From positions 248,001 to 312,000 of the IMG/VR virus record IMGVR_UViG_3300021963_000021: a stretch of 64,000 bases of DNA. The stretch is one strand, 5' to 3'. The translations under genes were made by a program, and so were the position numbers. This document shows, piece after piece, positions 47,962 through 55,901 of this stretch. Position 1 is the stretch's first letter. The number at the start of each line of letters is the position of its first letter. The notes beneath the pieces were generated by a model. The model made no database searches. It was given only the letters and a program-made list of their open reading frames with translations, and was not told the origin of the DNA.

Positions 47962-48508
47962 TTGTGTCTTTGCCTTTATAAAAAACGTGGGCACCTATTT
48001 TTCCAATTTTTGGTAAGCCCCAACGAGGGTTAACGTACTCAGCATGATAATACAATGCGTCTTTCAAAATGTCAAGTCTAAAGTTTTCTAACAAAACTTT
48101 TTTAGCTACTTCATAACTTTCGTTATAAGCTACCTTGTTAACAGGTCGTGTCTTGACAGCACTGTCGCAGAACCATGAGAACTGGCAAACGACTTTGTCC
48201 ATAATGACATTTTTTTGGTAGATAACACCGCAGATGTCTTTGGGAAATTGCGGATGATTAACACGGTTCATTGTAACCTGTGCGACTGCGACTTTACCTT
48301 CGAACGGCTCTGAGCCAGCTTCACGGTAAATGTTCATAGCCAAGCAGTCTAATTGCTTTTCACGGGTTTTGATTGAAACAACGTCTGCGCTGTAAAGAGC
48401 ATTGTCGTTTTTGAGTTTGACTATCTTAGCTTGAGTGATAGCCGATACAAAAGTCATACAGCAAGCAAAGCCGATGGCGGCAAGACTGTATCTAATAAAT
48501 TTTTCCAT
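47948..48508 (-). CDS. Cell wall hydrolase, SleB/Hydrolase_2 family
   Basis: CLAMNIYREAGSEP..G..AVAQVTMNRV...FP..IC.VIYQ...QFSW; ALYYHA...HVFY. Confidence 0.93.
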   Translation of the reverse strand: MEKFIRYSLAAIGFACCMTFVSAITQAKIVKLKNDNALYSADVVSIKTREKQLDCLAMNIYREAGSEPFEGKVAVAQVTMNRVNHPQFPKDICGVIYQKNVIMDKVVCQFSWFCDSAVKTRPVNKVAYNESYEVAKKVLLENFRLDILKDALYYHAEYVNPRWGLPKIGKIGAHVFYKGKDTNERI

Positions 48509-48790
48509 AGTGTCCTCCTTTCACTTGGTGTCGCTTTATATCAAAATGATATTATACGACATTACATTAAGGGAGTTAACTTCACGAGGCTCTAATGATG
48601 AACCCTGGGTTCGTGTAGTTGATCTCCATTGGACGCATGATCTCATAAATCATGTGCCTTTGGCGAGCATGGCTTCCCGAATCTCACGGGTTTCTCATTG
48701 GCCAAGACTCGCGGGTTTGGTCTTTTACAAATCGCTCCGACCAAACCAACTATCTTAGTTTCTTGCGAAACGTATTTTATATAGTTCATT
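48509..48790 (-). ncRNA. Candidate long structured leader/ncRNA upstream of the SleB gene
   Basis: About 6 consecutive stems; extended -10 TGnTATAAT near 48798-48806. Confidence 0.55.
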
Positions 48791-48818
48791 TTTAAGATTA
48801 TAACATCAAAACCGGTAA

Positions 48819-49211
48819 TTATCGACGCATTTTGGCAATTTCTGTAGCCTGCTCTTCATTCAATACCGGAACAGCGTTGCTTTTATGCATAGTTGCGATG
48901 CCCTTGATCAGTGTACCTGTGTATACAGGACTAGGCTTTTTGGCAGCAACACCGCAGCTATCTGGACTGTTCAAACTAGGATAATGCGGAGTCTGTCGCT
49001 GATAGCTAGGAGATGACTGATAAGGAGGAGCTTTCAGGCCTCTTTCTTTTCGAGTGTTCTCCAAATTGATCTTATGTTTCTTTAACAGTTCTTCCCAAGA
49101 CTTCGCTGCTTCTAAAGCCTTGGCTTTGTGTTCTGCGCTTTTAAACTTTGGCTTCTTGCGCTTTTTGGTATTGGTTGTTGACAACCACGGACCTTCTAAG
49201 TGCATTGACAT
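48819..49211 (-). CDS. Basic hypothetical protein
   Basis: GGAG RBS before ATG 49211; C-terminal IATMHKSNAVPV. Confidence 0.75.
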   Translation of the reverse strand: MSMHLEGPWLSTTNTKKRKKPKFKSAEHKAKALEAAKSWEELLKKHKINLENTRKERGLKAPPYQSSPSYQRQTPHYPSLNSPDSCGVAAKKPSPVYTGTLIKGIATMHKSNAVPVLNEEQATEIAKMRR

Positions 49212-49242
49212 TATTATCTCCAAAATACAACAAACAGTTACT

Positions 49243-49271
49243 AGTATACGCTCTTTCAAAGATAAAGTCAA
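49243..49271 (-). promoter_or_regulatory. sigma70 promoter
   Basis: TTGACT-17 nt-TATACT. Confidence 0.8.
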
Positions 49272-49294
49272 GAAAAAGCCCACCGAAGTGGGCT
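49272..49294 (-). terminator. Rho-independent terminator of pqqA
   Basis: AGCCCAC-UUCG-GUGGGCU followed by a U-tract. Confidence 0.9.
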
Positions 49295-49312
49295 CTTGTA
49301 TGATAAGAACAA

Positions 49313-49384
49313 TTATCTGTTCATTACATACATGGTTACTTCAAATCCGTAACGCATTTCAACTGCTTCTGGTTTTGTCCACAT
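49313..49384 (-). CDS. pqqA: PQQ precursor peptide PqqA (23 aa; not in ORF track)
   Basis: Hand translation MWTKPEAVEMRYGFEVTMYVMNR*; MW.KP...R.GFEVTMY signature; AAGGAG RBS; own terminator. Confidence 0.93.
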   Translation of the reverse strand: MWTKPEAVEMRYGFEVTMYVMNR

Positions 49385-49510
49385 AGTCGTTCTCCTTTGT
49401 TCAACAAATTTAAAAACATACTGTCTGTGTAACTGTATGTATCTATATTGTATAGGAAAAAACGTCTATTTCACATACAGAAGATCATTAAAAGATACTA
49501 GCTAGGCTCT

Positions 49511-50074
49511 TTAGAATCTAACCAAGTATCCGACGTTGGCGCCTGTGTAATCTGAATCACCACGTGCTCTGTCGATTCCAAAAATCACTGCCTGTGTCTT
49601 AGACACAGAGTATTCGGCACCTAGCTTCCATGTACGTGTTAGGTCAGCATTAGCAGTTGGGTCAAAGGCATCGCGGAAACGATAACCAACCTTGACAGCT
49701 AGTGCTGGACTCACAGCGTACTTAACGCCAGGCTCGACTGAGTAGTATGCGAACTTGTCGCCAGGAATAAACTTTTCACCAGCAGCCACACGAGCATAAG
49801 CAGTGATTCCATAGTTGAAATCAACACTAGGTGTTAGGCCAAGTTCCAAACGAGTTTGGTTGGCGCCATTGCCGTCTGTGAAAAGCGATTCACTGAACAC
49901 GTCTGCCTTTAAACCTTTGACAACATCTGTGCCAAAGTTTACTTGATAGCCCTGACGATTGGCTGCGCCACCGACAGGATCTTCAAAACGGTAAGACATG
50001 CTAGCAAAGCTGTCTGCGAAAGCAGGAGCAGCAGATACTAGAGCGAACAAAGTTGCGATCAAAATTTTCTTCAT
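49511..50074 (-). CDS. Outer-membrane beta-barrel (porin-like) protein
   Basis: Signal peptide APAFA, alternating strands, C-terminal YLVRF. Confidence 0.8.
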   Translation of the reverse strand: MKKILIATLFALVSAAPAFADSFASMSYRFEDPVGGAANRQGYQVNFGTDVVKGLKADVFSESLFTDGNGANQTRLELGLTPSVDFNYGITAYARVAAGEKFIPGDKFAYYSVEPGVKYAVSPALAVKVGYRFRDAFDPTANADLTRTWKLGAEYSVSKTQAVIFGIDRARGDSDYTGANVGYLVRF

Positions 50075-50129
50075 AATATTTCCTTTTGTGTGTGTTTAGT
50101 CTCTAGAATAAAGACCAACACAATATATA

Positions 50130-50489
50130 TTAAGCCTGTCGAGTTAGATAGCTAATTCTGACATTATCTGCGCCAAAATATTCCATAACGCTGGCTTCAC
50201 AGACTTCTATGGCAAATTCCTTACAACTAAAGATATCGATGTAAGCATGTCCAAAACTAGGAACGAAATGCCCAGTGATACTGGAAGTCTCGATTAACTG
50301 TACCAAACTGTAGCCTGCCTTGGCAGGATCATGTTCGGCAAAATATTCGATAATGGGCTCACCGTAGGCCTTCATATCGATACGGCTAACCAATCTCTTA
50401 ACAAAGGCTTCGATGTTTTCTCGATCGTTGATAAGATCGACATCGCAACCTGAACAGTCTAACATCAAATGATAACCCCAATATGCCAT
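50130..50489 (-). CDS. speD: S-adenosylmethionine decarboxylase family proenzyme
   Basis: GYHLMLD, IETSSITGHF self-cleavage region, YIDIFSCK. Confidence 0.9.
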   Translation of the reverse strand: MAYWGYHLMLDCSGCDVDLINDRENIEAFVKRLVSRIDMKAYGEPIIEYFAEHDPAKAGYSLVQLIETSSITGHFVPSFGHAYIDIFSCKEFAIEVCEASVMEYFGADNVRISYLTRQA

Positions 50490-50511
50490 TTCTTTCTCCT
50501 TTTGGCAAATG

Positions 50512-50537
50512 GAACAGGCTACCGAAGTAGCCTGTTC
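50512..50537 (-). other. 11-bp C(UUCG)G hairpin downstream of tmRNA
   Basis: GAACAGGCTAC-TTCG-GTAGCCTGTTC; no U-tract. Confidence 0.75.
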
Positions 50538-50539
50538 TG

Positions 50540-50830
50540 GAAGTTTCTGTTGCTAGGTATTCCTACCCCAGGCAGGGTTTAAGCTGCCAATGCGTAAACG
50601 TTGTCGTTTGCGTTTAGTTTGTTTGCTTGATTTAGGGTCATCGCCTACCCTGCTGTCCACTTTGATACTCAATACCCTGTCGAACCTAATTCAGGCCCAT
50701 CAAAAGCACTTCTCGATTTACATTCCCCCGAATACATCATTTCTGGTTCGGCTAATACGCAAATGCTTTTGGTGGACCTGGCCGGTACTGCCCCGGCGTC
50801 CAGAACACCTTTTTCATTGCTTCACACAGC
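50540..50830 (-). ncRNA. ssrA: Circularly permuted (two-piece) tmRNA; outer ends approximate
   Basis: T-arm GCCGG-GGCAGTA-CCGGC then CAGGTCC-A-CCA ending 50770; 5' end GGGCCTG at 50698 gives G3:U70; tag ANDNVYALAA* at 50611-50579. Confidence 0.92.
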
Positions 50831-50870
50831 AATAATACTATTTAACAGTCTTTGTTGACAGTTGTCAACC

Positions 50871-51497
50871 TTAAATTTTGAGTTCACTATTTCCGCCTGG
50901 CCCAATTATGCCTCTTGGAAATACATTGAAAGCCAAACTGTAACGATTCTCTTTGGAAAGATTTTCTAAAACACTGTGATTTAACAGAGATGGAAATAAC
51001 AATAATGTATTGTTTTCGGGAGATATGCCCATGTCCGAATTGTACTCTGTGTCTTTGCCGTTGTCAATACAAAAAGTATCACGCCAGAGATTGGTATGTC
51101 CTCTTTCTCTATGGAAACAGATAGCACCCGAATTGGCAGGAACTTTTGGGTACCAAACTCCACTGATCATGCTGTTGCTGTGCCAGTGCATGTCATGTTT
51201 GCCGCCAGTCATTGCTAGATTTAACCAACTGGTCGTAATTTCCCAGCGTTGGTCACGTGTGGCACCTATTACTTCGTGTACGAAATAGTCTATGTGTTTC
51301 TGTATCTGAGACTTGAGTCCTTTCAATTGAGAAGCGTCAAGCAGAGTTCGTTTCGGTGATTCGAGGTGCGTATAACTCGTTTCGTCAAAGTTACTGACTT
51401 CGAGATTCATGAGGTACTCAAATGCTATAGGATCTATGCTGTCTGTCTTGGTCTGATAGACAGGTATAGGCCAAAGATTGTGTACCTTATAGTTCAT
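50871..51497 (-). CDS. Putative 2OG-Fe(II) oxygenase (TIGR02466-like)
   Basis: SWLN...HWHSNSMISGVWY...LLFPSLLNHSV...RYSLAFN. Confidence 0.85.
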   Translation of the reverse strand: MNYKVHNLWPIPVYQTKTDSIDPIAFEYLMNLEVSNFDETSYTHLESPKRTLLDASQLKGLKSQIQKHIDYFVHEVIGATRDQRWEITTSWLNLAMTGGKHDMHWHSNSMISGVWYPKVPANSGAICFHRERGHTNLWRDTFCIDNGKDTEYNSDMGISPENNTLLLFPSLLNHSVLENLSKENRYSLAFNVFPRGIIGPGGNSELKI

Positions 51498-51904
51498 TTC
51501 AACCAGCCTACTTTTTCTCCACTGTCGAGTCTGCGTTGGTGTTCTTCAACGCTCCCAGGAAAACGCCAAGCCCAAACGGCAACAAGGGCCATAAAGCCAG
51601 CAGTACTGATAATTCCAATTGGTTTTACTCCTGTGAAAAACATAATGATCAAACTAGTCGACATCATGAATAACATAAAAAATTTCATCTTAGTTGGAAA
51701 TACTCTACGCTCATTCCAGTTAGTAAGGAATGGTCCGAACAGTTTGTGATTGTAGATCCATCTGTGCATGCGTTCGCTACCTTTGCTAAAGCAGTATGCG
51801 GCAAACACCACAAAAGGACTATAGGGTATTCCTGGAGTGATAACTCCAATATAGGCCATGCCCAGAGACAAGAAACCTAATGTTGTCCATAATAATTTTT
51901 TCAT
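51494..51904 (-). CDS. YbaN/DUF454 membrane protein
   Basis: LGMAYIGVITPGIPYSPF...CFSKGSERMH.W...LFGPFL..W. Confidence 0.88.
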   Translation of the reverse strand: MKKLLWTTLGFLSLGMAYIGVITPGIPYSPFVVFAAYCFSKGSERMHRWIYNHKLFGPFLTNWNERRVFPTKMKFFMLFMMSTSLIIMFFTGVKPIGIISTAGFMALVAVWAWRFPGSVEEHQRRLDSGEKVGWLK

Positions 51905-52155
51905 TATCCACCTATAATAATATCTGTGTTGCCCGATATTACAGCGTGTCCAACATCAGTTTCATCGCTCTCTCGAGCTACTGCCTTATCGTTGATTATT
52001 ACAGTAGTCGATCCGTGTAGTATACAAGAACCAGAAGCTGTGATAGATCCAGCAGTGGCCACGTAAGCATCATTTATGATCACGTTATCAGAACCACTTA
52101 ATATGGTAGCATCTGCTGAATCAAAATTAACACGAGCAATAGCTTTATCAGTCAT
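51904..52155 (-). CDS. PAAR-like protein
   Basis: Duplicated GS..VIIND..VA units; AR..D...GH..ISG...IIIGG. Confidence 0.6.
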   Translation of the reverse strand: MTDKAIARVNFDSADATILSGSDNVIINDAYVATAGSITASGSCILHGSTTVIINDKAVARESDETDVGHAVISGNTDIIIGG

Positions 52156-52157
52156 TA

Positions 52158-52814
52158 TTAGCCACCAGTTTTTGCTTTAACTTCAGTTTCAGTCTTAAGA
52201 GCATTAGCATTTGATTTTTGGTTCGTTGTGTTAATGCCAATTGCCTCTAATCCGCTTTCGAATTTCTTTTTAATCCAACCTGTTCCTGCTTTTAGTCCAG
52301 CTGTTACACCTGTGACATTACCAAGATAAGAAGCAGTACCTGCTATAGCACTAGTCACTGCTCCACCTGCTGCCGCCGCTGCCGCCACATTAGTCGCACC
52401 GGTCACTGACTTATTAATCTGAGTTTGAAGATTAGGAGCTGGTACTGTAACTTCTGGCAAGTTATTTCTCTTAAGTGCTGCCTGTGTAGCAGCTTTGTCA
52501 AATTCGTCTTTGTCTATCTGTTGTGCTACTGCGATCTGCTGAGTGGCTAACATCTGTGCTAGTATAGCATTTGTTATTTGAAGACTAGCATCCAAATCAG
52601 CTATAGCAGATTGAATAGAAGTTAGACTTTCGGTTCCGGTATTTTGTTGGTTGTTTACACCAACTAATGCGGTTGCTATAGCATTTAACGATGCGGCTGT
52701 AGATCCAGGAATGCCTTTTCCTAACGCTCCCATTGACTCTCTAATTGCCAACGGAGCATCATCGGCAATTACAAAGGTACCTGGACCTCCTGTAAAATTT
52801 GCTGTAGTTGTCAT
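52158..52814 (-). CDS. Ala/Thr-rich hypothetical protein
   Basis: 218-aa ORF. Confidence 0.7.
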   Translation of the reverse strand: MTTTANFTGGPGTFVIADDAPLAIRESMGALGKGIPGSTAASLNAIATALVGVNNQQNTGTESLTSIQSAIADLDASLQITNAILAQMLATQQIAVAQQIDKDEFDKAATQAALKRNNLPEVTVPAPNLQTQINKSVTGATNVAAAAAAGGAVTSAIAGTASYLGNVTGVTAGLKAGTGWIKKKFESGLEAIGINTTNQKSNANALKTETEVKAKTGG

Positions 52815-52824
52815 TTATGGTCTC

Positions 52825-53121
52825 CTATAGTGCCAACTTAATGCCTGTAGTATTTTGTATGTACGCATCGGCAAATGATTTGTCTGTGGCTTCCATGATC
52901 ACTAACACTGATCTTGATATCTTTACTGTCTTATCGGGATTAACTGTGAAAAGGTAGGGCATCAATCCAGGACCCTGTTGGCCCATGGCCACTACCATTG
53001 GTTTGGACATCTTTATATGACAGTCTGCTGATTCGTCTTCCAATTTACCAATAATTTCTTCACCTGAGGTCAATTTTATAGTAACGACTTCGCCTACTGC
53101 TACACCCTTATCAATTAACAT
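52825..53121 (-). CDS. Sm-like fold hypothetical protein
   Basis: VVTIKLTSGEEIIGK...P. Confidence 0.6.
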   Translation of the reverse strand: MLIDKGVAVGEVVTIKLTSGEEIIGKLEDESADCHIKMSKPMVVAMGQQGPGLMPYLFTVNPDKTVKISRSVLVIMEATDKSFADAYIQNTTGIKLAL

Positions 53122-53122
53122 A

Positions 53123-53365
53123 TTATCCCTTTAATGTTTCAAAAAAATCTTCTGGTTTACCTGCTAAACCCTGATACCCGCCTGGTAGTAGTACACCGTC
53201 TTTGAAAACTTGCGGTACTGAACGCAGTCCTTGATCAACAAGGAATTCACGAGCATCGGGTTCGTCTTCGATATTTACTGTTTTAAATCCTACGCCCTTT
53301 GATTCTAGGAGAGCCTTAGCTCTATCGCAAAATGGGCAGTTATTCTTTGAATAAATTGTAATCAT
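53123..53365 (-). CDS. Glutaredoxin
   Basis: CPFC; RSVPQVF; GGY. Confidence 0.95.
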   Translation of the reverse strand: MITIYSKNNCPFCDRAKALLESKGVGFKTVNIEDEPDAREFLVDQGLRSVPQVFKDGVLLPGGYQGLAGKPEDFFETLKG

Positions 53366-53374
53366 ATTTGTCTC

Positions 53375-54475
53375 TTATAATGCTGGTAATTCGTCATAGT
53401 CAATGGTATCGCTCATGACACCTATAACATAATTAGTCGACTCGTTCTCTTGGAGCGCAGTTTGTTTCTTATGGGTATCACTGTGTTTATTGAACCAAGG
53501 TATTGGTGTTGTTTTTGGAGCAGGCTGTTGATACTTGATGCCAATATCTTTTAGGGCGGCCGCAGCAGTATAGTCTACGAAGTCTTTTAGAATGTTAGCA
53601 TTAAGTCCAATAACAGGACCTTTCTTGAACAAGTAGTCTGCCCATTCTTTTTCTTCACGGATAACATCTTCATAGAGAGCATAAACTTCAGCTTCACATT
53701 CTTCTTTGGCTTTGACAAATCTAGGATCTTCTTTGACTACCTGATTGATCAAATAAGCAGTCCAACCTTTGTGTAGCAGTTCGTCTTGTAGGATCAAGCT
53801 GATGATGTTGCCATTACCAATAAAGATCTTGTTCTCTACCATTGCCAAACTTGTGGCAAACGACACCATAAAGCGGAACGCTTCTAGAGCATAGCTGGCA
53901 TGTAGTGCTAGCCAAATTGCTTTGATGTGTGTTGCTTCATTGATTTTTTCGCCTGTTTCTTTACGGCAGTTAATCAAATGTAAATCATCGTAATAACGGC
54001 CGACACTTGATGCCATGTCTACAATTTCTTTAGTGTCGTGGATTGTGTTAAACACTTCCTTAGGCACGTTGTATATGTTACGGATGATATGGCTGTATGA
54101 ACGACTGTGGATGTTAGTCTCAAAGAAACCCCAGTTATACATCAGTGCTTCTACTTCCGGTAAACTACATACAGGAGTAAACACCTGAGTTGGTCCACGA
54201 CCCTGGATACTGTCCAAGGCTGTCTGTCTTAATAGGTTACTGGTAAAGATATGTTTAACAGCATCGCTAGAATCTTTAAAGTCGCTGGCATCTTTGGACA
54301 AACTGATCTCTTCAGGTACCCAAAAGAACCCACGTGCGGTTGTTTCAAAATTCTGTACCTTAGGATACTTGACTTCTTCAAATCGTTGAATAGTCACTGG
54401 ACCCTCTGGATCCAAGAACATCTTACGACTTAGGTAGTCTGTTTTAGTGGTTAGATTGTATTGTGCTGTACTCAT
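53375..54475 (-). CDS. nrdB: Ribonucleotide reductase class Ia beta subunit
   Basis: LDSIQ, ETNIHSRSY, LEAFRF, DELLH iron ligands and radical Tyr. Confidence 0.97.
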   Translation of the reverse strand: MSTAQYNLTTKTDYLSRKMFLDPEGPVTIQRFEEVKYPKVQNFETTARGFFWVPEEISLSKDASDFKDSSDAVKHIFTSNLLRQTALDSIQGRGPTQVFTPVCSLPEVEALMYNWGFFETNIHSRSYSHIIRNIYNVPKEVFNTIHDTKEIVDMASSVGRYYDDLHLINCRKETGEKINEATHIKAIWLALHASYALEAFRFMVSFATSLAMVENKIFIGNGNIISLILQDELLHKGWTAYLINQVVKEDPRFVKAKEECEAEVYALYEDVIREEKEWADYLFKKGPVIGLNANILKDFVDYTAAAALKDIGIKYQQPAPKTTPIPWFNKHSDTHKKQTALQENESTNYVIGVMSDTIDYDELPAL

Positions 54476-54738
54476 TGTTTATCCTGTTTTGTTAATTCAG
54501 TAGTATTCCAAATATTTCTATTATGAACAACCTTGTCTTTTAGTATTCTTATAACTTTCTCTTTCTCAGTTTCGGTCCATATAAAATGTAAACTATTTAA
54601 CGGCGGTCTACCTGTTGTTTCATCGTACAAAGACTTATGTTGGTAGTATGATTTTAACCACACCCATTGTCCACTAGTGACTTTGACAGGCTTCCATGCA
54701 AATAGTTTACTTTCCATAATTTCCAGAAGCCAGAACAA
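54472..54738 (-). CDS. Hypothetical protein
   Basis: FAWKPVKVTSGQWVWLKSY. Confidence 0.6.
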   Translation of the reverse strand: MFWLLEIMESKLFAWKPVKVTSGQWVWLKSYYQHKSLYDETTGRPPLNSLHFIWTETEKEKVIRILKDKVVHNRNIWNTTELTKQDKQ

Positions 54739-55369
54739 TCTTACAAATGTGTTCTAATCTTTCAATATGTTCGTACGCTCGCCACGGAGTCGTATCGATA
54801 GCAACTACACCGTGTCCTTTAATGCCTACAATATCGTAGGCAACATTACCGTCTCTATCTAGTTGAAGATTCGTGTGGCACTGATCCGCAAGCTCTTGAC
54901 TAATAGGCGGAACATCTCCGACATTGGGTGCTACTCGAGTATAACGGTTAAGCTCCGGAAAAGCATCACTGATAGTACTAAGGTCGATACCGGCATGCAT
55001 AGCCGCAATACTGTAAGTAGGATGTACATGTACAACTACTCTTACCTCGTCCTTATGCTGACCCATTTCTTTTTGTAGACCAAAATGTAATGGTATCTCT
55101 CCGCTAGGTACTAGATTTTTACTGATGTCAGTATAGGGTACATCTTCCCAAGAGTAGTTGAATGCCGCTGTTCCATATCCACTATGGATGCTTCTGTGTA
55201 TAGCTATCTTCTTAAATTGGTCAGGTTGTAGTGTTTGCTTACGCACACCGCTTGGAGTAATGTAGAAGTGATCACGATCATGATGACGGATGCTGACGTT
55301 GCCATCACGACTGGTAATCCAATTACGCTTATAAGCGTCTACCATAATATCACATATCGTTTCTAACAT
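54707..55369 (-). CDS. Class II aldolase/adducin family protein
   Basis: DGNVS, ITPSG, PSGEIPLH, HVHP, GHG. Confidence 0.92.
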   Translation of the reverse strand: MLETICDIMVDAYKRNWITSRDGNVSIRHHDRDHFYITPSGVRKQTLQPDQFKKIAIHRSIHSGYGTAAFNYSWEDVPYTDISKNLVPSGEIPLHFGLQKEMGQHKDEVRVVVHVHPTYSIAAMHAGIDLSTISDAFPELNRYTRVAPNVGDVPPISQELADQCHTNLQLDRDGNVAYDIVGIKGHGVVAIDTTPWRAYEHIERLEHICKIVLASGNYGK

Positions 55370-55901
55370 TTACATAATCCCAGTTTATTATTTTCCATTG
55401 ATTTTCTAAATACTTTTTCTTGTCGTGTTGATAATCCAACGCCCAAGCATGTTCCCACCAATCAACTAATACTACTATATCTTTTTTTATTTCGTGATTC
55501 TTTATAGTTTTAATTTCGCCAGACTTAGAAAGATATACCCACCCACTACCTTGTATGCTCATGGCCACTTTGGTAAATTCTTCTTTAAACTTATCAAAGG
55601 ATTTAAATTTTTCTTCAATAAGTTCTAGGGTCTTGCCGGATGGCTTATTGCTAGATTTTGGTGCTTGATATTGTTGGAACAGTATGTTATGTAAGAACAC
55701 GCCAGCTTCATTGAAGTCAGGGTCACCTTCGCCTTTGTTGTATCTGTCAGCATAGGTATGAGCTAGTTTACCATAGTGATAATCGATAGTATCCTCTGAT
55801 ATCGACGGATCTAGATCATCCTTGTCGTATGGCAATGCTTTGATTTCTAATTTCTCAGCTTTGCCCTCTAACAGAAAATTTCGTATAAAGTTATAGGTCA
55901 T
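55350..55901 (-). CDS. sod: Fe/Mn superoxide dismutase
   Basis: LPY...IS..TI.YHY; FLHN; GSGW; DWWEHAW. Confidence 0.9.
   Translation of the reverse strand: MTYNFIRNFLLEGKAEKLEIKALPYDKDDLDPSISEDTIDYHYGKLAHTYADRYNKGEGDPDFNEAGVFLHNILFQQYQAPKSSNKPSGKTLELIEEKFKSFDKFKEEFTKVAMSIQGSGWVYLSKSGEIKTIKNHEIKKDIVVLVDWWEHAWALDYQHDKKKYLENQWKIINWDYVNVRNDM

Noticed and set aside
48640-48700. c-di-GMP-I riboswitch-like AAACC...GG segment in the SleB leader
   Set aside because: Lacks the GNRA tetraloop/receptor and the GCAAAGC consensus; only a superficial match
50512-50537. Hairpin as intrinsic terminator
   Set aside because: Strong stem but no U-tract on the transcribed strand; more likely a processing or stabilising hairpin, so listed as other
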